Positions 1-11,238 of a stretch of 63,695 bases of DNA are shown here, piece after piece; positions within the stretch are counted from its first letter, which is position 1; every line of letters starts with the position of its first letter. A program made the position numbers and the translations under genes. The notes under the pieces are model-generated. The model searched no databases, had not been told where the DNA came from, and worked only from the letters and a program-made list of their open reading frames with translations. The stretch covers positions 380 to 64,074 of the forward strand of contig JAUQVK010000013.1 in NCBI GenBank assembly GCA_039794845.1, read 5' to 3'. Source of the DNA: Thermostichus sp. DRC_bins_24. GTDB taxonomy: Bacteria > Cyanobacteriota > Cyanobacteriia > Thermostichales > Thermostichaceae.

Positions 1-41
1 GTCGACTGAATAGACGTTGTTTGGCGAAAATTGTTGACCGC

Positions 42-381
42 GTTGTCCCCACGCCTGTGGGGGTGAACCGCCATGGTGGTGGACAAAAGTATTTTGTTTA
101 ATGTTGTCCCCACGCCTGTGGGGGTGAACCGCGTTGTGGGTGAACGATTTGGCAGCGATGATGTGAGTTGTCCCCACGCCTGTGGGGGTGAACCGATACA
201 TACACGGGTAAATGCACGGAGAAAAAGCGTTGTCCCCACGCCTGTGGGGGTGAACCGGCAGGCTCAGCGTATCCGCGTGCGACCCTGGCGGTTGTCCCCA
301 CGCCTGTGGGGGTGAACCGTTGCGCCAGGAACTAGCCCTAATCCAAGGAGCCGTTGTCCCCACGCCTGTGGGGGTGAACCG
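42..381 (+). CRISPR. CRISPR array, type I-E-like 29-bp repeat GTTGTCCCCACGCCTGTGGGGGTGAACCG, 6 identical repeats, 5 spacers (32, 35, 33, 33, 33 bp)
   Basis: Repeats start at 42, 103, 167, 229, 291 and 353, with a CCCCAC/GTGGGG hairpin and an AACCG 3' end like E. coli I-E repeats. No cas genes in the window; the array may continue to the left. Confidence 0.97.
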
Positions 382-437
382 CGCTTTTAGGCTACGATTC
401 TCAACAGGTTTTTTCCCTCTTCATTGGGGCTTAGGTA

Positions 438-728
438 GTGCGAAGGCAGGAAGCCCTTACATTACTGGCAAAGCACCAAAGCACGCTGAAGGATTTTGGT
501 GTAAAGTCCCTGATTCTATTTGGTTCAGTGGCAAGGGATGAAGCGCGAACAGACAGTGATGTCGATCTACTGGTAGAGTTCGATCGCCCGGTCGGGTTGT
601 TCACCTTTATACGATTGAAACGGTATTTGGAGGAGATTTTAGGGAGTTCGGTTGATCTGGGTACACCCGACTCCCTCAAACCTGATCTACGGGAACCTGT
701 TTTCCGGGAGGCGATTCGTGCCTTCTAG
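438..728 (+). CDS. Minimal nucleotidyltransferase (MNT) antitoxin
   Basis: 96 aa with LFGSVARDEARTDSDVDLLVEF (GS-x10-DxD); overlaps the downstream HEPN gene. Confidence 0.92.
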   Translation: MRRQEALTLLAKHQSTLKDFGVKSLILFGSVARDEARTDSDVDLLVEFDRPVGLFTFIRLKRYLEEILGSSVDLGTPDSLKPDLREPVFREAIRAF

Positions 729-1023
729 AGATTGGCAAAATAGAGTAAGAGATGTACAAGCCGCGATTGCAGAGATTCGAGAGTTTACAAACAACACCAC
801 GTTCGATGAGTTTCAAGATGATCGAAAGACAATCAAGGCAGTTCTATATAACCTTGCAACTATTGGTGAAGCGATTCGTGGTATTCCACCAGAGTTGGAG
901 GCTTTACACCCTGAGATCCCCTAGGACGATGTGCGCGGGATGCGAAATGTTGTGATTCACGAATATTTTCAGGTAAATCTATCCATTGTCTGGCAAACAA
1001 TGTCCCCACACCCATGGGGGTAA
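718..1023 (+). pseudogene. HEPN (DUF86/HepT-like) RNase toxin, interrupted by an in-frame TAG and truncated
   Basis: GTG at 718; reads ...HPEIP*DDVRGMRNVVIHEYFQVNLSIVWQT. TAG at 922-924 sits where family members have Trp. The RX4H motif (RNVVIH) lies after the stop, and the C-terminus is replaced by a CRISPR-repeat-like sequence. Confidence 0.88.
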
Positions 1024-1027
1024 ACCG
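999..1027 (+). repeat. Degenerate orphan CRISPR repeat
   Basis: AATGTCCCCACACCCATGGGGGTAAACCG matches the array repeat at 23/29 positions, same orientation. Confidence 0.85.
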
Positions 1028-1228
1028 CTAAATACGTTTTGCCTCCACAGTTTTGGGTAAAGAAAGGGGATCCGGCAATTTTGCCACCGACAGTTCCCAG
1101 CCATTGCCTAGAGTGAAAATGGTTTCTTCGGCTTCTTGGCGTTTAGCCACCACCGCCTCTTCTAGATCTTTTTTGGGGACATAGACCATCAAATGGCCAT
1201 AGGCACTTTCGTGGAGGATAACTTTCAT
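1028..1228 (-). CDS. nifT: Nitrogen fixation protein NifT/FixU
   Basis: YVPKKDLEEAVV and LGNGW motifs; end of nif operon. Confidence 0.93.
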   Translation of the reverse strand: MKVILHESAYGHLMVYVPKKDLEEAVVAKRQEAEETIFTLGNGWELSVAKLPDPLSLPKTVEAKRI

Positions 1229-1494
1229 GGACTTTTCTCCAACAACTGCAATTCTTTAGCACGACAACCGATGATAAATCCTTTGGCCAGTGAATGCACG
1301 GCATAGATATAAAACCGCTGCAAAAAGGTGCCAATGTAAACCACATAGCCTTCGTCTCCAGGGTAGGCCAAAATGGTTCCTCTGGCTGCGCCAAAGTAGG
1401 TGCCATCATTACGAATGATCTCACGGATGCGAACTTTATCCCCTAGGCCAAATAGGGGTGGTTGATCCAGTTCATTTTCAGGGTCTGGGTGCAC
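1225..1494 (-). CDS. nifZ: NifZ
   Basis: IRNDGTY...GDEGYVVYIGTFLQRFYIYAV...IGCRAKEL. Confidence 0.93.
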   Translation of the reverse strand: MHPDPENELDQPPLFGLGDKVRIREIIRNDGTYFGAARGTILAYPGDEGYVVYIGTFLQRFYIYAVHSLAKGFIIGCRAKELQLLEKSP

Positions 1495-1622
1495 GGCTCC
1501 CTCCTTGGCAGTGGCTCAGCAACTGGCAACATTCTTGATAGGTGAGGCTACGCCCCAACTGGCGGGATTTTTGATAGATAGCAGCCAAAATTTGCTGGCT
1601 CTTGGTATCTACAATCGAGCGT

Positions 1623-2774
1623 TTAGCAGACATAGGGATCGATCTCCGATAAAAGGTCTTGGGCCCAACGGGCCAATTCGGCCACAGGGATCGGATGTTT
1701 GGATTGCATTACCTGCTGCCGTACCCGTTGCAAGATTTCCTCCAATTGATCGGACGGGATCCGATCGAGGGGGATCCCTTGCTCCTGCAGCAGCTGGACC
1801 AGAAGATGCCTGCCGGAATGTTTGCCCAGCACCAGGCGACGCTGGCCGCCCACCGTCTCTGGGGAGAAGGGTTCGTAGGTTTGTGGATCCTGGAGTACCC
1901 CCGCCGCATGGATCCCGGATTCATGGGCAAAGGCGTTATCCCCCACGATCGCCTTCCAGGGGGGCAGTGGGGTGCCCGTAGCCTGGATCACTTGCTGCGA
2001 TAGCTCCCGCAGACGATGGGTATCAATACCGACATTTACCCCGACAATCTGCCGTAGGGCCATCACCACTTCTTCGAGAGGAGCATTGCCGGCCCGTTCC
2101 CCCAGGCCATTGACGGTGGTGTTGACGGCGGTAGCCCCGGCACGGATCCCGGCCAGAGCGTTGGCGGTGGCCATGCCCAGATCATCGTGGGTGTGCATTT
2201 CCACCGGGATCCCGATGGCCTGCACCAGGCGCTGGATCTGCTCGTAGGTGCTAAAGGGATCCAAAATGCCCACCGTATCGCAGTAACGGAAGCGCTGGGC
2301 CCCCCAGCTCTGGGCCTGCTGGGCCAGCTCAATCACCTGCTCTGGGGTAGCCCGGCTGGCATCCTCGGCCCCCACCGACACCCACAGCCCTTGCTCGTAG
2401 GCCATTTGTACACACTGTCGCAACTGCCGCAGCAGACGGGGGCGATCTCCCTGAAACTTGGCCTTGATCTGGATATCCGATACCGGCACCGAGATATGAA
2501 CCCGCTTGAGACCACAGCGGATAGAAGCCAGAATATCGGCAGGGACGGCCCGGTTCCAGCCCAGCAACTGGGCCCGTAGCCCTAGCCCTGCGATGGCCTG
2601 GATCGCCTCGGTTTCGACGGCCCCCATAGCCGGGATCCCGACTTCGATCTCCGGTACTCCAACAGCATCCAGCAGGGCCGCAATCGAGATTTTCTCTGGG
2701 ATCCGAAAGGCAACCCCGGCAGCCTGTTCCCCATCCCGCAGAGTGGTGTCATTGATGATGATGGAGGGGATCAT
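1623..2774 (-). CDS. nifV: Homocitrate synthase
   Basis: DTTLRDGEQ, HTHDDLGMATAN, GLGERAGNA, LGKHSG; ATG at 2774 chosen as start. Confidence 0.95.
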   Translation of the reverse strand: MIPSIIINDTTLRDGEQAAGVAFRIPEKISIAALLDAVGVPEIEVGIPAMGAVETEAIQAIAGLGLRAQLLGWNRAVPADILASIRCGLKRVHISVPVSDIQIKAKFQGDRPRLLRQLRQCVQMAYEQGLWVSVGAEDASRATPEQVIELAQQAQSWGAQRFRYCDTVGILDPFSTYEQIQRLVQAIGIPVEMHTHDDLGMATANALAGIRAGATAVNTTVNGLGERAGNAPLEEVVMALRQIVGVNVGIDTHRLRELSQQVIQATGTPLPPWKAIVGDNAFAHESGIHAAGVLQDPQTYEPFSPETVGGQRRLVLGKHSGRHLLVQLLQEQGIPLDRIPSDQLEEILQRVRQQVMQSKHPIPVAELARWAQDLLSEIDPYVC

Positions 2775-2933
2775 AATTTTTCTCCTGAACAATCCAGAAG
2801 TGTCCTTATTGCCTTCATGCTGCTGAGTCAACACCGCCGGGGGTCAAAACTGCCGGCAATCTTTTTAGGCTGATTAAGCTAACCTTTTGAGATTGCCGAG
2901 CAGCTCGACTTGTGCCGGCAACCACCGGAGCCA

Positions 2934-4469
2934 CTAGCGAATCAAGTCAAAGGAAATATCGGTCTTGCCGGGAATGAAGCTGCGCCGATCTGCCTCATCC
3001 AGCACCGTATTGACAATCCAGTTGAGCAGATTGATCGCCCCCTGGTAGCCGTAGGTGGGGTAACGGTGCAGATGGTGCCGGTCAAAGATCGGGTAGCCAA
3101 TCCGCACCAGCGGGGTGCCCGTATCCCGCCAGAGGTATTTGCCGTAGGAGTTGCCGATCAACAGATCCACGGGCTCCGTAAACATGAGGGAGCGCAGATG
3201 CCAGAGGTCTTTGCCGCCCCAGACGGTGGCTCCCTGCCCATAGGGGCTGCTGGCCAGCAGGGTACGGGCTTCGGTTTCAAACTCCTCATTGCTGTTGGTG
3301 ACCACGATATGCACCGGCTCGGCCCCCAGCTCCAACAACAGGCTTAACAGACCCATGACCAGATCGGGATCTCCATACAGGGCCACCCGCTTGCCGTGGA
3401 TCCAGGCTTGGGAGTCGGTGAAGGCGTCCACCGCCCGGCCCCGCTCGATCTCCAGCTCTGGGGGAATGGGCTTGCCCGTCAGCTCCGCCAGTTGCATCAA
3501 AAAGTCGTCGGTGCCCCGAATACCGAAGGGACGCGCTGTCCGGGTGGGGTGAGCCTCCGCCAGAAACTCCAGAGTCTTGGGGGTGGTGTAGCGCTGCAGC
3601 GAGAAGGTGCCGATGGCGTTGAGGCAATCGGCTGCCTCCGCCAGAGGAGTTCCCCCCGGATACATCTGGAACTGTCCAAGGTTGGGGGAATCCAGGTAGT
3701 CGGAGTTATCCGCCAGCAGGGTCAAGGGGATCCCAAAGAGGCCGAAGATACGCTTGATCTCCCGCAGGTTGCCCATGTAGGTATCGAAGCCGGGGATGAC
3801 ATTCACCTTGTGGGTCACCTTGCCGTTGGGGCCGGTTTGGCCCTGGGTCAGGGTGGTGAGGATGCTCTTGAGCATGTTGTCGTAGCCGGTGATATGGGAT
3901 CCAACAAAGCTGGGGGTATGGGCGTAGGGCACCTGAAAATCGGCAGGGATGGCTCCTTCGTTTTTGGCGGTGGTGATAAAGGCCCCCAGGTCATCGCCGA
4001 TCACCTCCGCCATACAGGTGGTGCACAGGGCGATCATCTTGGGCTTGTAGAGGGTGTAGGCGTTTTGCAGACCCTCGATCATATTTTTGAGGCCGCCAAA
4101 CACCGCCGCATCCTCCGTCATAGAGGAGGAGACCGCCGAAAAGGGTTCCTTAAAGTGACGGGTGAGATGGGTGCGGAAATAGGCCACACACCCCTGGGAT
4201 CCATGCACAAAGGGCAGGGTACCCTCAAACCCAACAGCAGCCAGGATCGCCCCCAAGGGCTGGCAGGCCTTGGCCGGGTTTACCGTCAGAGCTTCCCGTT
4301 GAAAGTTCTTCTCCCGGTAGTCCCAGGATTTTGTCCATTCGGCAACCCGCGCCACCTCCTCTGGGCTGGGGGCATTTTCAAAGGTGCGTTTGTTGCGTAA
4401 GAGCGCCTGGTATTCGGGATCGTGAAACAGGCGGGCATGATCTTTGATGTCTTGTACATTCTGTGGCAT
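2934..4469 (-). CDS. nifK: Nitrogenase MoFe protein beta chain
   Basis: NPAKACQPLGA, HGSQGCVAYFR, TTCMAEVIGDD; C-terminus ISFDLIR. Confidence 0.98.
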   Translation of the reverse strand: MPQNVQDIKDHARLFHDPEYQALLRNKRTFENAPSPEEVARVAEWTKSWDYREKNFQREALTVNPAKACQPLGAILAAVGFEGTLPFVHGSQGCVAYFRTHLTRHFKEPFSAVSSSMTEDAAVFGGLKNMIEGLQNAYTLYKPKMIALCTTCMAEVIGDDLGAFITTAKNEGAIPADFQVPYAHTPSFVGSHITGYDNMLKSILTTLTQGQTGPNGKVTHKVNVIPGFDTYMGNLREIKRIFGLFGIPLTLLADNSDYLDSPNLGQFQMYPGGTPLAEAADCLNAIGTFSLQRYTTPKTLEFLAEAHPTRTARPFGIRGTDDFLMQLAELTGKPIPPELEIERGRAVDAFTDSQAWIHGKRVALYGDPDLVMGLLSLLLELGAEPVHIVVTNSNEEFETEARTLLASSPYGQGATVWGGKDLWHLRSLMFTEPVDLLIGNSYGKYLWRDTGTPLVRIGYPIFDRHHLHRYPTYGYQGAINLLNWIVNTVLDEADRRSFIPGKTDISFDLIR

Positions 4470-4531
4470 GGTGATTCTCCTTGGGAGGGCAACGGGATCT
4501 CGGATTCAAGGGATCTACAAGGGAGGATGCG

Positions 4532-5980
4532 CTAAGACTTCCAGGGGGCCTTGACCAGATCCCAAGTGGGGCTATTCAGGGCCAGATCCATGTCGCGGGC
4601 AAACACCGCAAAACCGTCGTAGCCGTGGTAGGGGCCGGAGTAATCCCAGGAGTGCATCTGCCGGAAGGGCAGGGCCATCTTCTGGAAGACGTATTTTTCC
4701 TTGATGCCGGCAGCGATCAGGTCGGGCTTCAGCCTTTTGGCAAATTCTTCGAATTCATAGCCGGAGACATCGTCGTAGATCAGGGTGCCATCATCGACGT
4801 ATTCGGTGGTGCGCTTGTAGTCGTCGCCATGACCAAACTCGTACCCCGTGCCGATCACCTCCATGCCCAGATCCCGGAAGGCGGGGATCACGTGGCGGGG
4901 GCGCAACCCACCCACCATCAACATCACCCGCTTACCCTCGAGACGCGGGCGGTACTTGGCGATCACCGCCTCGCTTTGAGGCTGGTATTTGGCGATCACC
5001 GCTTCGGCTTTGGCCTGGATGGTTTCATCAAACCGCTGGGCAATTTTGCGCAGCGATTGGGCAATATGGGTGGGGCCAAAGAAGTTGAACTCCAGCCACG
5101 GGATCCCGTAGGTTTCCTCCATGTGGCGGCAGATGTAGTTCATCGACCGATAGCAGTGGATCAAATTGAGCTTGACTTGGGTGGAGAGCAGCACCTCATT
5201 CCAGGTGCCATCACCGGAAAATTGGGTCACCACCCGCAGGCCGATTTCTTCCAGCAAAATGCGAGATGACCAAGCATCCCCACCGATGTTGTAGTCACCG
5301 ATAACCGCCACATCGTAGGGGGTGGGCTCAAAATTGAGGGATCCCTCCTTGGCCTTTTTATCGGCCACCGGCAAGGCCCAATCCCGCACGGTGTCGTTGG
5401 CGATGTGGTGTCCGAGGGATTGGGAAACCCCCCGGAAGCCCTCGCAGCGCACCGGCACAACCGTTTTGCCGATCTCCTTGGCGGTTTTTTTGGCCACCGC
5501 TTCGATGTCATCTCCGATCAGGCCCACCGGACATTCCGATTCAATGGTGAACCCACTGGCCAAGGGGAAAAGTTCATTCGCTTCCAGCAACAATTTGGCC
5601 AGTTTTTTATCACCCCCAAACACCACATCTCGCTCCTGAAAATCGGAGGTAAATTGCATGGTGCCGAAGGTATCTACCCCTGTAACACCCACATAGTAAT
5701 TGCGGCGACCGGACCAGGAGTAGTAGCCGCAGCCGATGGGGCCGTGGCTGAGGTGGATCATATCTTTGACCGGCCCCCACACCACCCCCTTGGCCCCGGC
5801 AAAGGCACAACCACGGGTGGTCATCACGCCGGGCACGGACTTGATATTGGATTTCACACCACAATCGGACTGGCCTTCTCGGTAAACATTCAGATGTTTG
5901 GCCCGTTTTTTCTGGGCCTTATCGGGGTAGGCTTCTAAAACCTCTGCCACGATGTTTTGGGTTTCTTCGACAGTAGTCAT
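4532..5980 (-). CDS. nifD: Nitrogenase MoFe protein alpha chain
   Basis: [40 protein letters not shown]; uninterrupted. Confidence 0.98.
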   Translation of the reverse strand: MTTVEETQNIVAEVLEAYPDKAQKKRAKHLNVYREGQSDCGVKSNIKSVPGVMTTRGCAFAGAKGVVWGPVKDMIHLSHGPIGCGYYSWSGRRNYYVGVTGVDTFGTMQFTSDFQERDVVFGGDKKLAKLLLEANELFPLASGFTIESECPVGLIGDDIEAVAKKTAKEIGKTVVPVRCEGFRGVSQSLGHHIANDTVRDWALPVADKKAKEGSLNFEPTPYDVAVIGDYNIGGDAWSSRILLEEIGLRVVTQFSGDGTWNEVLLSTQVKLNLIHCYRSMNYICRHMEETYGIPWLEFNFFGPTHIAQSLRKIAQRFDETIQAKAEAVIAKYQPQSEAVIAKYRPRLEGKRVMLMVGGLRPRHVIPAFRDLGMEVIGTGYEFGHGDDYKRTTEYVDDGTLIYDDVSGYEFEEFAKRLKPDLIAAGIKEKYVFQKMALPFRQMHSWDYSGPYHGYDGFAVFARDMDLALNSPTWDLVKAPWKS

Positions 5981-6053
5981 GGGATCCTCAGGTGAAAGGA
6001 CTGGGAATGTACTGCGGCTAGTGCCACGCTGCGCGAAAAGGAGGAGAACGGGA

Positions 6054-6077
6054 GGGCAGCGGAGGTGGCCGCTGCCC
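6054..6077 (-). terminator. GC-rich stem-loop just downstream of nifH (RNA stability or attenuation element)
   Basis: GGGCAGCGG-aggtgg-CCGCTGCCC, a 9-bp stem with no U-tract. Confidence 0.5.
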
Positions 6078-6090
6078 CAGAAGATGGGGC

Positions 6091-7011
<921 letters not shown>

Positions 7012-7107
7012 CTAAGTTGAACAGGGGTTGGTTTTGGGAGGGGAGGAGCGGCGGGGAGCGCTCACGGAGTTCAAAAGACGAAATGAAAAGGTACATGGCT
7101 GGGTCTC

Positions 7108-7983
7108 CTAGAGGGCGTGCACCTGCAGGCTGGGTAACACCTGCTCCCGCAGGCGGGTTTCGATGGTAGATTTGAGGGTTTCTTCGCTGCTGGGGCAGGA
7201 TCCACAGGCCCCTTTCAGGCGTAGCCATACCTGATCCCCGTCTAGGTCGTGCAATTCCACATCCCCGCCATCGGCGATCAACAGGGGGCGGATTTGTTCC
7301 TCCAGCACGGCTTGGATGCGGGTGATCTTTTGCAGGGTGGTGAGGGAAACAGAGGGCTTAGCTTGAATCGGATCCGGCTGGGTTGGTGATTCGGTTTCCG
7401 CCCACACCGCGGCGATGAGATCTTCAATCTCCGCCAGACAGGATCCACAACCGCCACCGGCTTTGCTGTAGGCGGTGACCGCTTCGACGGTGGTGAGGTG
7501 GTTTTCGCGCACCAGGCGGCGGATTTTGGGCTCGCTGATGCCAAAGCAGGAGCAGACCAGGGCCCCGTCATCGTCGGTATGGACGGGTAAGGGAATGCCG
7601 CGATAGGCAGAGATGGCGGCCTCCAACGCTTCTTGCCCCATGACGGAGCAGTGCATTTTGGCGGGGGGCAGTCCACCCAGGTAATCGGCGATCTCGCGGT
7701 TGGTGATCCGCAGGGCTTGATCTAAGGTCAGGCCGGTGATCAACTCCGTCAGGGCCGAAGAAGAAGCGATGGCGCTGGTGCAGCCGAAGGTTTGGAAGCT
7801 GGCGGCCAGGATCCGCTCGCTGGCCTCCTCAACCTTGAGGTACAGGCGCAGGGCATCGCCGCAGGTAATGCTGCCCACTTCGCCGGTGACCACCCGGATC
7901 CCAGGCTCAGAGGCAGGATCCATCGGCCCCTGGTTTTTGGGGTGGTAGAAGAGGTCTAATACTTTTTGGCTGTAGTCCCACAT
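7108..7983 (-). CDS. nifU: Fe-S scaffold NifU
   Basis: MWDYSQKV start, GSITCGD, FGCTSAIAS, KMHCSV, central CSCF...GGGCGSC, C-terminal GACGSC. Confidence 0.96.
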   Translation of the reverse strand: MWDYSQKVLDLFYHPKNQGPMDPASEPGIRVVTGEVGSITCGDALRLYLKVEEASERILAASFQTFGCTSAIASSSALTELITGLTLDQALRITNREIADYLGGLPPAKMHCSVMGQEALEAAISAYRGIPLPVHTDDDGALVCSCFGISEPKIRRLVRENHLTTVEAVTAYSKAGGGCGSCLAEIEDLIAAVWAETESPTQPDPIQAKPSVSLTTLQKITRIQAVLEEQIRPLLIADGGDVELHDLDGDQVWLRLKGACGSCPSSEETLKSTIETRLREQVLPSLQVHAL

Positions 7984-8084
7984 GGCTGGATCCTTAGATG
8001 AAGACTGAGTAATGGCTGGGTGAGGGGCATTTGGGAAAATTGGATGTGAACGTTTGATTTGAAGATGATTTGAGAAGTGGGGCA

Positions 8085-9284
8085 TTACCGCAGGGCCAAT
8101 TCCCGCTCCTGCTGTTGCAACCAGTCCTCCGCCTCGTTGCTGAAGGGGGAGATGGCCCGCAGATGGCTGATAATACCTGGCAAAACCTCTAGAACCTGCT
8201 CAATCTCGTCCGGCTGGGTCAAGCGAGACAGGCTAAAGCGAATGGATCCGTGCAAGACGGTGTAAGGCAGGTGCATGGCCCGCAACACATGGGAGGGTTC
8301 CAGGGATCCCGAGGTACAGGCGGAGCCGGAGGAGGCACAGATGCCGTATTTGTTCAGCCAAAAGAGGATCGCCTCCCCTTCCACGAACTTGAAGCCCAGG
8401 TTGGTGGTATTGGGCAGCCGCTGGTCGGGGTGACCGTTGATCTGGGTATCGGGGATCCGGCGCAGCAGCTCCTGTTCCAGGCGATCCCGCAGGATCTGCT
8501 CGTGGGGATCCCCGAGATGGGTTTGGGCCAGCTCTGCTGCTTTGCCCAGGGCCACAATGCCGGGGACATTTTCGGTACCGGCCCGGCGGCCCCGCTCCTG
8601 ATGGCCCCCCAACAGCAGGGGCCGAAAGCGAAAGCCCCGCCGGATATACAAAGCCCCGATCCCCTTGGGGGCATGAAGCTTATGGCCCGAGAGGGTGAGC
8701 AGATCCACCGGCAGATGGGAGAGATCCAGCGGGATCTTGCCCACCGCCTGCACCGCATCCACGTGCACCACCGCCCCGTAATCGCGGGCCAGGGATCCCA
8801 CCGCCTCAATCGGGAAGAGCACGCCGGTTTCGTTGTTGGCGGCCATCAAGGTGACCGGGGCGGTATCGCTGGTGAGGGCGGCCTCCAGCTCCAGCAGATC
8901 CAAACAGCCCTGCCCATCCACCGAGAGATAGGTCACCCGGTAGCCCTGCTTTTCCAGATGCTTGCAGAGGTTGAGCACCGAGGCGTGTTCCACCTGGGTG
9001 GTGATGATGTGCCGTTTGTCCGGCTGGGCGGCCAGGGCGGCCCGGATGGCGGTGTTGTTGCCTTCGCTGCCACAACTGGTGAAGAGAATCTCCGTTGGAT
9101 CCGCACCCAGCAGGGCGGCCACCTGTTCGCGGGCTTGGCTGAGGGCCTGGCTTACCTGGCCCCCAAAGCTGTGCATCGAAGAAGGATTGCCGTAGAGGGT
9201 TTGCAGATAAGGCAGCATCGCCTCCAACACCAGGGGATCCACGGCGGTGGTGGCGTTGTTGTCCAGGTAGATGACGGGGGGCAT
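8085..9284 (-). CDS. nifS: Cysteine desulfurase NifS
   Basis: YLDNNATT, SGHKLH, SSGSACTS. Confidence 0.96.
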   Translation of the reverse strand: MPPVIYLDNNATTAVDPLVLEAMLPYLQTLYGNPSSMHSFGGQVSQALSQAREQVAALLGADPTEILFTSCGSEGNNTAIRAALAAQPDKRHIITTQVEHASVLNLCKHLEKQGYRVTYLSVDGQGCLDLLELEAALTSDTAPVTLMAANNETGVLFPIEAVGSLARDYGAVVHVDAVQAVGKIPLDLSHLPVDLLTLSGHKLHAPKGIGALYIRRGFRFRPLLLGGHQERGRRAGTENVPGIVALGKAAELAQTHLGDPHEQILRDRLEQELLRRIPDTQINGHPDQRLPNTTNLGFKFVEGEAILFWLNKYGICASSGSACTSGSLEPSHVLRAMHLPYTVLHGSIRFSLSRLTQPDEIEQVLEVLPGIISHLRAISPFSNEAEDWLQQQERELALR

Positions 9285-9360
9285 AACGGCTCCAGGTTTA
9301 GGTTGCAAAGCAGAGTTTCAAAGACAGTTCAAAACGGGGAAGGGGGGTGGATCCCGGGGT

Positions 9361-9654
9361 TCAAATGACCTGCGGGGCATGGGTATGGCACTTTTTCGGG
9401 CAGATACGGGCACAGGCTTGGCAGCCGATGCAGAGGGCGGCATTGACGATGGTCATCACCTTGCGTTCGCTTTCTTCCTCCTCTTCGTCATCGACAAACT
9501 CGCCCTCCTCGTTCAGGGCCTTGAGGGCAAACACCCCACGGCCACAGACCTTCAGGCAGCGGCTACAGCCCAGGCAGTAGGTGATATCCAGGCTTTGGAT
9601 GAATTGCGGGATCCAGGGGGATCCGCCTTGGGTGAGAGCAGTGAGGGTGGCCAT
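9361..9654 (-). CDS. fdxB: nif-specific 2[4Fe-4S] ferredoxin III
   Basis: [11 protein letters not shown] and [12 protein letters not shown] separated by an acidic tract. Confidence 0.85.
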   Translation of the reverse strand: MATLTALTQGGSPWIPQFIQSLDITYCLGCSRCLKVCGRGVFALKALNEEGEFVDDEEEEESERKVMTIVNAALCIGCQACARICPKKCHTHAPQVI

Positions 9655-9709
9655 AACGGGGTCTCCAGATAGCGGGGGGTCTGTGAGCTAGCGCTGAGGG
9701 GCGGTCTGT

Positions 9710-11179
9710 TCAAGGGGTGGATTCAAGGGGTTTTGAGCGTTGATCCATCGAGGGTTCGATGGACTGATTCACCAGCCAGGTGTGGTAGAACTTCAGGGCC
9801 ACGGTCTCGATCACGTCGTAGTCCTCCACCACTTCGATGCCGGCTTGCCGGATCCGTTTCATGGGGCAATCGCCGATCTTGGCCACCAACACCGCTTTGC
9901 AGTCGCTGATCACCGCCAGGATCTGATCCAGGTTGTTGGCCTCGCCGCTGCCGCCGTGGCAGTACTGCGGGATCTTGCGGTGACCGACCAGGTGGGATCC
10001 CTGGGCATTCACCTCGTAGATGAGAAATTCCTGGGCATGGCCGAAGTGGCGGTTGACTAAGCCGCCGCCCTTGCTGGCCACCGCCACCAAAATGGCCGGG
10101 CTATCGGCGGGAAGTGGGGCCGTCATCGTCTCCTGCGCAACCTGTAGCTCCGCCTGCAGCTGGGCAATGCCCGCCTGCACCTGGCGACGCTTGTCCGGGT
10201 CGTACTCAGGGGTCATGGACAAAAACCGATCTTTGGTGAACTCCTGGCTGCGGTCTTCCCCCAAAAGACCCACTGCATCCGCCCGACATTGGCGGCAATG
10301 GCGCATCATCCGCATGTTGCCGGAGCACTGATCTTGCAGAGCTTTCAGCTCCTTGGGGGTAGGGCCCCGCTGCCCGGTCAGGCCAAAGTGGGTGCCGTGT
10401 TCGGGGGCCGAGATCAGGGGCATGATGTTGTGCAAAAAGGCCCCCTTGGCCTGGATCACCCGATTCACCTCCGGCAGATGAGCATCGTTGATGCCGGGGA
10501 TCATGACGGAGTTGACTTTGCAGAGGATATCTGCCTCCCGCAACAGATCCAGGCTTTCCATCTGCCGCCGGTGCAGGATCCGCGAGGCCTCTACCCCCGT
10601 GATGCGCTTGCGCCGCCAGCGGATCCAGGGGTAGATTTGGGCCCCAATGGCGGGATCCACCATGTTGATGGTCAGGGTGACATGGTCGATCCGCAGCCGC
10701 TTGATCTCCTCGATGTAGTCCGGCAGCATCAGGCCGTTGGTGGAAAGACACAGCTTGAGATCCGGGGCTTGCTCGGCGATGCGGGCGAAGGTCTCGAAGG
10801 TCTGCTTGGGATTGGCCAAGGGATCCCCCGGCCCGGCAATGCCCACCACCGTCAACTGGGGGATCTTGCCCGCGATCACCAGCACCTTATGAGCGGCTTC
10901 AGCCGGGGTGAGCAATTCGCTCACCACACCGGGGCGGCTCTCGTTGGCACAGTCAAACTTGCGGTTGCAGTAGTTGCACTGGATGTTGCAGGCGGGGGCC
11001 ACCGCCACATGCAGGCGGGCGTAGTGATGATGGGCCGCTTCGCTGTAGCAGGGGTGGGTGGCGATGCGCTGCTGCAGGCTGGGGGGCAACCCCTGAGCAG
11101 ACGAGCTGCTACAGCCACAGGCGGGTGACCGGGATCCCGATGTGGGGGGGGATTGGGAACGGAGCGGGGTCAAAGTCAT
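9710..11179 (-). CDS. nifB: FeMo-cofactor radical SAM protein NifB
   Basis: [24 protein letters not shown] and a C-terminal NifX-like domain. Confidence 0.97.
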   Translation of the reverse strand: MTLTPLRSQSPPTSGSRSPACGCSSSSAQGLPPSLQQRIATHPCYSEAAHHHYARLHVAVAPACNIQCNYCNRKFDCANESRPGVVSELLTPAEAAHKVLVIAGKIPQLTVVGIAGPGDPLANPKQTFETFARIAEQAPDLKLCLSTNGLMLPDYIEEIKRLRIDHVTLTINMVDPAIGAQIYPWIRWRRKRITGVEASRILHRRQMESLDLLREADILCKVNSVMIPGINDAHLPEVNRVIQAKGAFLHNIMPLISAPEHGTHFGLTGQRGPTPKELKALQDQCSGNMRMMRHCRQCRADAVGLLGEDRSQEFTKDRFLSMTPEYDPDKRRQVQAGIAQLQAELQVAQETMTAPLPADSPAILVAVASKGGGLVNRHFGHAQEFLIYEVNAQGSHLVGHRKIPQYCHGGSGEANNLDQILAVISDCKAVLVAKIGDCPMKRIRQAGIEVVEDYDVIETVALKFYHTWLVNQSIEPSMDQRSKPLESTP

Positions 11180-11238
11180 CGGCTGAACCAGCAGTTGGGT
11201 TACTGGTGGTTATACCAACCGCTGTTCTGAGGCCCTTT

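Noticed and set aside
1..41. Possible extra spacer preceded by a repeat end (GTCGACTG)
   Set aside because: Only 5/8 match to GTGAACCG at the window edge; cannot distinguish leader from spacer.
73..541. ORFs 73-315, 98-301 and 320-541
   Set aside because: They are translations of CRISPR repeats (VVPTPVGVNR recurring), not genes.
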